A stretch of DNA of 30,883 nt from Chloroflexota bacterium (GTDB lineage Bacteria; Chloroflexota; Limnocylindria; QHBO01): the NCBI GenBank assembly GCA_040006555.1, contig JBDTWT010000001.1, positions 1 to 30,883 on the forward strand, in the 5' to 3' direction. A program made the position numbers and the translations under genes. The notes under the pieces are model-generated. The model ran no database searches. It was not told the DNA's origin and was given only the letters and a program-made list of their open reading frames with translations. Positions 1-6,083 of the stretch are shown here, piece after piece (the first letter of the stretch is position 1; each line of letters starts with the position of its first letter).

Positions 1-2
1 CA

Positions 3-659
3 TCATTCGCTGAGACGTCCAGGACGATGTAGCTCGCCTCTGGCGGCCACGATCATCCGGGCCCCCGTCCCCGTGGTGAGCAGCGCGGGGCTCGCGACGA
101 ACGCTCCGACCGCGGGGACCTGCGTCGCGGAAGGTAGGCTCCAGGCGAGCAGTCCCGACGGCGTGAAGGCATACAGGCCGTCGCTGCCGCCCACGTAGAC
201 GTAGCCATCGTTCGCGACGACCGGCGTCGCGACGCGGGCTCCCTGTGGGACGGTCGGGTGGGGTGACCAACGGGCCCCGCTCCCCGCCGGGCCGGGCTCG
301 CTCGAGGACGACCAGCTGCGCCCGTTGAAGCCCGAGTACAGCCAGCCGGCGCCGGTGGGCGCCGCGCCCCCCGCGCTCGCCACCGTGGTCGTGACTGCCG
401 TCCCGTTGAGGGTGATCGATGGTGGATTCGCCGTGCTCCCCTGTCGCTGCCACCAGATCCCGAGCTCCGCGCCGCCGTCGGCCGCGTACAGGGCGCCGGC
501 CTGATCACGCCCCGCCGCAGTTGTGCGCAGCGCCACCGATGCCTGCATCGCTAGGGCGCTCCCGATCAGTCCCAGGAACATCACGAGCGAGAGGACGACG
601 ACCAGCGACTGCCCGCTCTCGTCGCGGTGGACGCGTCGGAGCAGCGCGACGCGAGTCAC
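3..659 (-). CDS. PilX-like minor pilin N-terminus fused to PQQ-like/BamB beta-propeller repeat(s); 3' end uncertain
   Basis: GTG start at 659 overlaps the upstream TGA (GTGA). Class III signal DESG|QSLVVVLSLVMFLGLIG lacks E5, as in PilX-type pilins, followed by QAGALYAADGGAELG. The C-terminal part has a PQQ-like repeat TPVVANDGYVYVGGSDGLYAFTPSGLLAW. The ORF track starts this ORF at 1199, but that extension is non-coding shadow. Confidence 0.65.
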   Translation of the reverse strand: MTRVALLRRVHRDESGQSLVVVLSLVMFLGLIGSALAMQASVALRTTAAGRDQAGALYAADGGAELGIWWQRQGSTANPPSITLNGTAVTTTVASAGGAAPTGAGWLYSGFNGRSWSSSSEPGPAGSGARWSPHPTVPQGARVATPVVANDGYVYVGGSDGLYAFTPSGLLAWSLPSATQVPAVGAFVASPALLTTGTGARMIVAARGELHRPGRLSE

Positions 660-1207
660 CACAGCCGGGGAGCGGCGCGTATCGTCTGCGTGGCCGCCTC
701 GCCCCCGGGGCCGCCCAGCGCGAGATCCACGCGCAGCGACCAGCGGCCACCGGTGTCTCGCACGGTCTGCCACGTGCAGCTCGTGACGTTGCGGGCCACG
801 ATGCGCGTGCCGATCCCGCTGACGCGCTCGAGGACGAGCGGGCCGTCCGGCGCGGCCGCGGCGACGGTGCGGTAGCGGACGCTCGCGCCGGCCTCGAGAT
901 ATCCGAGGTCGATCGTCGCCGCGCAGCTCGTCGCGCTGGTCTGGGCGAGGGCCGGGGCGGTCGCGGACGCCATCGCGCCATCCCGATCGATGGTGAGGCT
1001 TGCGATTGACAGCTCGGCGGCAATCCGGCTGCGGTCGGCCGCGCGCCGATGAAGGTCGTTGGCGGTGAACACGATCGAGGTGATCCCGCCCATCACGATC
1101 GCCGACACAAGCACGCCGACGAGCAGCTCCGGGAGGCTCGCACCGCGCTCGTCGGCGGCGGCGGACCTCCAGCGCGACACCGCCCGCGCGACGGCGCACC
1201 CGATCAT
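656..1207 (-). CDS. PilW-like minor type IV pilin (prepilin-type N-terminal cleavage motif)
   Basis: ATG at 1207 overlaps the upstream stop (ATGA). DERG|ASLPELLVGVLVSAIVMGGI has G-1, E+5 and a hydrophobic helix; about 183 aa. Confidence 0.7.
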   Translation of the reverse strand: MIGCAVARAVSRWRSAAADERGASLPELLVGVLVSAIVMGGITSIVFTANDLHRRAADRSRIAAELSIASLTIDRDGAMASATAPALAQTSATSCAATIDLGYLEAGASVRYRTVAAAAPDGPLVLERVSGIGTRIVARNVTSCTWQTVRDTGGRWSLRVDLALGGPGGEAATQTIRAAPRLW

Positions 1208-1644
1208 CGGTCGGCCTTCACGATCTCGACACGCGAGCTGACGCTGCCGGCGTACGTGATGGTCAGCGTGATGCGCTGCAGACCAGTGGTGCTCGCCGTC
1301 GTGGACCACGGGGTGACGCCGTCCCACCACGTCGTCGTGACCGTCCGGGCAAGGCCGGCGGGCATCGGCTCGTAATACGCGCCGTAGTTGCCCGCCGCCT
1401 GGTATGGGGCCGCCGTGATCCGCGCGGCCTGTGCACGCATGACCGCCTGGCTCGTCGCGACCTCCTCGGCGCGGCGGCTGGCCAGGGCGAGGGTGGACAG
1501 GCTCCCCATCAGCACGATGAGAGCGACTCCCAGGAGCACGCTCGCGACCAGGGCCTCGACGAGCGATCCGCCACTCTCGTCACGCAAGACGCGCAGGAGG
1601 AGTCCGCGCAAGGCGCGCGAGGGATGCTTCCCGGTCGACGTCAT
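1204..1644 (-). CDS. PilV-like minor type IV pilin
   Basis: DESG|GSLVEALVASVLLGVALIVL (G-1, E+5, hydrophobic helix); C-terminal GLQRITLTITY typical of PilV-like proteins; 146 aa; ATGA overlap with pilC. Confidence 0.7.
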   Translation of the reverse strand: MTSTGKHPSRALRGLLLRVLRDESGGSLVEALVASVLLGVALIVLMGSLSTLALASRRAEEVATSQAVMRAQAARITAAPYQAAGNYGAYYEPMPAGLARTVTTTWWDGVTPWSTTASTTGLQRITLTITYAGSVSSRVEIVKADR

Positions 1645-2762
1645 CGGATCTCCGACAGGATGCCGTACATCGGCGTGACGACCGACAGGGCCACGAACCC
1701 GACCATCAGCGCAACGACCACGATCATCGCCGGCTCGATCAGGGTCACCATCTGACCAGTCCGATAGTCGAGGTCGTCGTCCATGAAGTTGGCCGCGTCG
1801 TCGAGGTAGCGTTCCAGCGTCCCCGTCGCTTCGCCGACCTTCACCATCTGCAGCAGCAGGGCGCCGAACAGCCCGGTGCGTGCGAGCGGTCCGCTCAGCT
1901 GTTCGCCGGCGAACAGCGCATCGCGCACCGGAAGGAGCCTGCGCCGATAGACGTCGTTGCCCGTGCCGGCGGTCGCGATGTCGAGGGCGTCGGTGATGGG
2001 GACACCCGCGCGGAGCAGGATGCCGAGCATCCGGGCGAATCGGCTTCCGATTCCGAGCTGCACAAGGCGACCGACGAGCGGGAGCCGAAGGACCAGCCGA
2101 TGGCGAATGCTGCGCAGCGGTCGCGTGTCGCGCCAGAGCCAGAGCAGCAGCACCGTCGCGAGGAGGACGGCGCCGGCAAGGAGGCCGTACCGCTCACCGA
2201 GTGACCCCAGGCCCAGCAGCACCTGAGTTGGCAGGGGGAGGTCGGCGTCGAAGTCCGCGAACAGGCGCGCGAACGAGGGCAGCACGAACGTGATCAGGAC
2301 GAAGACCACCACGAGCGCCAGCCCCACGACGATCGACGGGTAGAGCATCGCCTGGCGGATCTTGCGGCTCGTGGAGTCGCCGCGCTCGAGGTGCCGCGCG
2401 AGCTGGTCGAGGATGCTGTCGATCTCGCCGGACGCCTCCGCCGCGACGATCATGTCGACGTACAGCCGTGAGAACACACGCGGGTGGCGCGACAGCGCGA
2501 TCGACAGAGCCTCCCCCTCCTCGAGTGCCTGCGCCACCCCGTCGAGCGCCCAGCGGAAGAGCTTCGAGTCTGCCTGCTCGCGCACCACGCGGATCCCGTC
2601 GAGGATCGGCACGCCGGCGCGAATAAAGGTCGCCATCTGCTTGCTGAAAATGAGGAGCTCGGTCCGGTTGATCGACGACATCCGCCGCGAAACGCGCTCG
2701 AGCCAGCTGTCCGTCGCCGCCGACGGCAGCGCGGCCGCCCGAGCGCCTCTCAGGCGAATCAT
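1641..2762 (-). CDS. pilC: Type IV pilus platform protein, T2SS F family (PilC/GspF)
   Basis: Motifs FSKQMATFIRAGVPI, LSRHPRVFSRLYVDMIVAAEASGEID, IRQAMLYP, QMVKVGEATGTL, LIEPAMIVVV; three predicted TM segments; directly downstream of pilB. Confidence 0.9.
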   Translation of the reverse strand: MIRLRGARAAALPSAATDSWLERVSRRMSSINRTELLIFSKQMATFIRAGVPILDGIRVVREQADSKLFRWALDGVAQALEEGEALSIALSRHPRVFSRLYVDMIVAAEASGEIDSILDQLARHLERGDSTSRKIRQAMLYPSIVVGLALVVVFVLITFVLPSFARLFADFDADLPLPTQVLLGLGSLGERYGLLAGAVLLATVLLLWLWRDTRPLRSIRHRLVLRLPLVGRLVQLGIGSRFARMLGILLRAGVPITDALDIATAGTGNDVYRRRLLPVRDALFAGEQLSGPLARTGLFGALLLQMVKVGEATGTLERYLDDAANFMDDDLDYRTGQMVTLIEPAMIVVVALMVGFVALSVVTPMYGILSEIR

Positions 2763-4501
2763 GCGGCCACCACGCTGCGCACGGCCTCCGCGATCGTCGT
2801 GAGGCCGCTCGCGGCCTTCTCGAGCGCATCGGCACGCATCGGCACCATGCCGTCGGTGACTGCCTGCGCGCGGACCTCGTCGTACCCCCCGCCGCGCGCG
2901 ATCAGGCGGCGCATGTCGGGGGTGACCCGCAGGAGCTCGTAGGTCGCGATCCGGTCGAGGAAGCCCGTGCCCGCGCAGTACGTGCAGCCCCGCCCGAGCT
3001 GGGCGTTGGCCGGCGCGGTCAGCCCAGCCGCGGTGAAGAGATCGCGCTCGGCCTGGCTGATTTCGACCTCAATCCGGCAGTGCACGCACACCCTGCGCAT
3101 CAGGCGTTGTGCGACGATGCCGGTGACGCTCGCGGCGACCAGAAACGGTTCGATCCCCATCTCGAGCACGCGGAGGAGCGCGCCCGCCGCGTCGGTCCCG
3201 TGCAGCGACGACAGCACGAGGTGGCCGGTGAGCGCCGCCTGCACGGCGATCTCGACGGTGTCGCGGTCGCGCATCTCGCCGACGAGCACGACGTCAGGGT
3301 CCTGCCGCAGGATGGCGCGCAGGCCGGAGGCAAAGGTGATCCCCGCGGGAGCGTTCACCTGCGTCTGGTTGCCGTCCTCGAAGGTGTATTCGATCGGGTC
3401 CTCGATCGTCGTGACGTTCAGCGAGACCCGATCAAGGTCGTTGATCGATGCGTAGAGCGTCGTCGTCTTGCCGCTCCCGGTCGGTCCCGACACGACGATC
3501 ATCCCGAATGGGGCGTCGAGCATCGCCCGGTAGCGCGGATAGACCGCCGCCGGGAACCCGAGCTGGTCGAGCCGCCGAAAGCTGGCCGACCGATCGAGGA
3601 GACGAAGCACGACCTTCTCGCCCCACAGCGTCCGCATCGTCGCGACGCGGATGTCCACCGGGCGGCCCTCGATCTCCATTGTGATCTGGCCGTCCTGCGC
3701 GCGCTGCTTCTCGACGATGTTCAGGTCCGCGAGGATCTTGATCCGGCTGACGAGGCCGGGACCGATGTCGGCTGGGAGATCGCCAACGTCGCGGAGCACG
3801 CCATCGATGCGCGCGCGGATGCGCACGCCGCGCGCCTGCGGCTCGATGTGGAGGTCGCTGGCGCGGTCGCGGAGCGCCTGCGTGACGAGCAGGTTGACAA
3901 TCTGGATGACGGGCGCGCCGCGCAGCTCATCGAGAGCGCCGGCGCGCGACCGCGCCTGGGGTGCCGGCACCGCCACGTGCTGCGTCGAGAAGGCCGATAC
4001 CTGCGCCGCGATGCGGCCGGTGACTCGGTAGCGCTGTGCTATGGCGTTCTCGATCTCGGAGCGCAGCGCGAGGAGGGGCGTTGCGGCGCGGTGCGTGAGG
4101 CGCGCGACCTCGTCGACCAGCGCATGGTCGCCGGGGTCCTCGGTGGCGAACGTGAGCGTCGTGGCATCCGCGGTGAGCGGCAGTACCACGAGACGGCGCG
4201 CATCGTCCTCGCCGAGCAGCGCCAGCGCCTCGTCGTCGCTCGTCCGCTCTCGCAGGTCGACGAGTGGCACGTCCAGCTGCACGGCCAGAGCCGCCGCCAG
4301 CACCGCGTCGTCGATGACGCCGTCCTCTCGAAGGATCTCGCCGAGGCGACGGCGTCGGACGGTCTGCTCGGCAACGGCGTGATCGAGCTGTTCCTGGCTG
4401 ACGAGCCCGCCGGCGAGCAGGAGGTCGCCGATGCGCGGGCCGTGCAGTTGCGCAGGCGGCGGCAGATCCGGCATGGTTTCGGACGGCATCGCGGTCGTCA
4501 A
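2759..4501 (-). CDS. pilB: Type IV pilus extension ATPase (PilB/GspE family) with N-terminal MshEN domain
   Basis: Walker A GPTGSGKTTTLY, Asp box TIEDPIEY, Walker B LRQDPDVVLVGEMRD, His box GHLVLSSLH, tetracysteine CVHC...CTYC. Start is TTG 4501 (TTGA overlap with the peptidase stop) or ATG 4489. Confidence 0.92.
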   Translation of the reverse strand: MTTAMPSETMPDLPPPAQLHGPRIGDLLLAGGLVSQEQLDHAVAEQTVRRRRLGEILREDGVIDDAVLAAALAVQLDVPLVDLRERTSDDEALALLGEDDARRLVVLPLTADATTLTFATEDPGDHALVDEVARLTHRAATPLLALRSEIENAIAQRYRVTGRIAAQVSAFSTQHVAVPAPQARSRAGALDELRGAPVIQIVNLLVTQALRDRASDLHIEPQARGVRIRARIDGVLRDVGDLPADIGPGLVSRIKILADLNIVEKQRAQDGQITMEIEGRPVDIRVATMRTLWGEKVVLRLLDRSASFRRLDQLGFPAAVYPRYRAMLDAPFGMIVVSGPTGSGKTTTLYASINDLDRVSLNVTTIEDPIEYTFEDGNQTQVNAPAGITFASGLRAILRQDPDVVLVGEMRDRDTVEIAVQAALTGHLVLSSLHGTDAAGALLRVLEMGIEPFLVAASVTGIVAQRLMRRVCVHCRIEVEISQAERDLFTAAGLTAPANAQLGRGCTYCAGTGFLDRIATYELLRVTPDMRRLIARGGGYDEVRAQAVTDGMVPMRADALEKAASGLTTIAEAVRSVVAA

Positions 4502-5007
4502 CGGACGCCCGCGATGCCGAGTCCGGGCCACAGCCAACCCGCGACGGTCGGTCCCGCAACGAGGCCGATTGCCGCGCCCACGGCCAGCGCGGGCGCGAAC
4601 GGAATCGGATCACGGCGGCGGACAACGCCGGCCGCGATCAGGGCGACTCCGGCGGTTGCACCGACGGCGAACGCGGCGAAGAGCCCGACCAGCGTCGCCG
4701 GCCACCCGAGGAGAAGGCCGATCAGCGCAGCGAGCTTGGCGTCACCGAATCCCATTCCGCCGGTGAAGGCGGCAATGCTTCCAACCGCCAGGCCCGCGAC
4801 GAGGCCGGACAGAAGGAACGTCCACCATGGTGCGCCGGGGTGCAGGAACGCGAGCACGACGGCTGCTGTTATGCCGGGGTAGACGAGCGCGTTCGGGATG
4901 CGGCGAGTGCGGGCGTCGTGCGCCGCGATGACAGCGAGGAGCGCGCCGAACGCGACTAGCGCAACGACGTACCACGCAGGCCAGCTCCAGACGGTAGCGG
5001 GCAGCAC
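4498..5007 (-). CDS. Prepilin peptidase, A24 family (short form without the N-terminal Zn-binding domain)
   Basis: Two catalytic Asp motifs HDARTRRIPN and GGMGFGDAKL, C-terminal PIPFAPAL, hydrophobic 169 aa, GTG start with GAGGT SD at 5011-5015. Confidence 0.88.
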   Translation of the reverse strand: MLPATVWSWPAWYVVALVAFGALLAVIAAHDARTRRIPNALVYPGITAAVVLAFLHPGAPWWTFLLSGLVAGLAVGSIAAFTGGMGFGDAKLAALIGLLLGWPATLVGLFAAFAVGATAGVALIAAGVVRRRDPIPFAPALAVGAAIGLVAGPTVAGWLWPGLGIAGVR

Positions 5008-5022
5008 ACGACCTCACGGATG

Positions 5023-5038
5023 GTTGACGCGTGTCAAC
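5023..5038. promoter_or_regulatory. Palindromic operator candidate GTTGAC-GCGT-GTCAAC upstream of the pilus operon
   Basis: Perfect 6-bp inverted arms seen in the sequence. It lies between a putative -10 (TACCAT, minus strand, 5065-5070) and the SD of the first gene. Confidence 0.5.
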
Positions 5039-5122
5039 GCTAGGGCGTTCAGGTGGGGTGGGCGATGGTACTAACGGCGGAGGCGCGGCGACCGAGACGT
5101 CAGCGGATGGTAGGGACCGATG

Positions 5123-5992
5123 TCAGTCGTGCGGACCCTGGAGCTCCACCTGGCCGTCGGTGATGCGCGCCGTGTAGCGCGGCTGCCGGGACGTCGCCGG
5201 CCCGTGGACCACCGAGCCGTCGCCGAGCCGGAACGTCGAGAAATGCCACGGGCAGGTGATCGTGTCGCCGTCGAGCTCCCCCTGCGACAGCGGCCCGCCC
5301 AGGTGCGAGCAGGTCTCCTTCAGCGCGTGCACCACGTCGCCGCGACGGACGAGCATCACCGCGGTCGAGCCGAACATCGTCTTCGTCGGCTGGCCGTCGA
5401 CCAGCTCTGCCGCCGCCATGACCGGAGTGAACTCGGTCGCGCGCTTGCCACGAGCGTGCGCGTTGTGGTTCACCGCGTAGCCATGCTTGAAGACCACGTG
5501 GCCGCCGATGTACGAACCGGCGCTGATCAGGACATAGCCGGCGAGGAGGACCCAGAAGGCGGTGTCGTGCTCGCCCTCCATGCGCTGCGTCAACGAGAAG
5601 GCGAAGGCACCGTTGCCCACGAAGTTGATCACGCCGTGGAGAATCGCCACGTCGCGCGTCGAGGTGTTCGGGCTCGTGTCCTTGAAGTCGGTGAGGCCGG
5701 TGACGATGCTGCCGACGCCGGACAGCCACGCCAGTCCCACGACCCATGTCGTCGCCTCGGCAAGCCCGTCGACGCCGAAGAAGACGCGCAAAACGTCGAG
5801 CAGCACGGCGGCCGTCGCGGCGCCCACGACCACGTCCACGAGCACCGCGTGGAGTGAGTGGCCGAGCCACGTGCCGTTCAGGAAGTCCTGGAGCAGGCGG
5901 CCGGGGAGCCGCAGGACGCGGAAGAACGCGCCCATCACGGATGCGGTGCCGTTTCCGAGGCCGCGGAGCGGCCTCGCGGCACGTTCGAGCAT
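5123..5992 (-). CDS. DUF2231 membrane domain + C-terminal Rieske [2Fe-2S] domain protein
   Basis: N-terminal GHSLHAVLVD and four hydrophobic segments with further His residues (ILHG, GGHVVF). Rieske ligands CSHLGGPL...CPWHFSTF (CxH-x16-CxxH). Confidence 0.85.
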   Translation of the reverse strand: MLERAARPLRGLGNGTASVMGAFFRVLRLPGRLLQDFLNGTWLGHSLHAVLVDVVVGAATAAVLLDVLRVFFGVDGLAEATTWVVGLAWLSGVGSIVTGLTDFKDTSPNTSTRDVAILHGVINFVGNGAFAFSLTQRMEGEHDTAFWVLLAGYVLISAGSYIGGHVVFKHGYAVNHNAHARGKRATEFTPVMAAAELVDGQPTKTMFGSTAVMLVRRGDVVHALKETCSHLGGPLSQGELDGDTITCPWHFSTFRLGDGSVVHGPATSRQPRYTARITDGQVELQGPHD

Positions 5993-6040
5993 GCCTACAC
6001 CCCCGTGCGAGGGCGGACGATGCCGGGCGTCACCTGTGGG

Positions 6041-6069
6041 ACGGTACCGGCCTCGCGGTGGCGGGTCAA
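6041..6069 (-). promoter_or_regulatory. Sigma70-type promoter of the Rieske gene
   Basis: Minus strand TTGACC (6069-6064), exactly 17 nt, then TACCGT (6046-6041), in the 91-bp intergenic gap. Confidence 0.6.
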
Positions 6070-6083
6070 CCTCCGGCGAGGGA

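Noticed and set aside
660-1199. N-terminal 180-aa extension of track ORF 3..1199, and similar extensions on the tracks for fadF-like, M50-CBS, DUF1461, holin-like, gpsA, cmk, scpB and recN
   Set aside because: Arg/Pro-rich off-frame translation of the upstream gene. True starts are supported by NTGA overlaps, SD sites or -10 spacing.
3080-4882. 600-aa plus-strand ORF, and similar long ORFs at 17963-19621, 20902-22476, 23154-24980, 25408-27378 and 12490-13959
   Set aside because: These are antisense shadows of well-supported minus-strand genes. In GC3-rich genes the codons TTA/CTA/TCA are rare, so the antisense frame stays open; the translations have no recognisable motifs.
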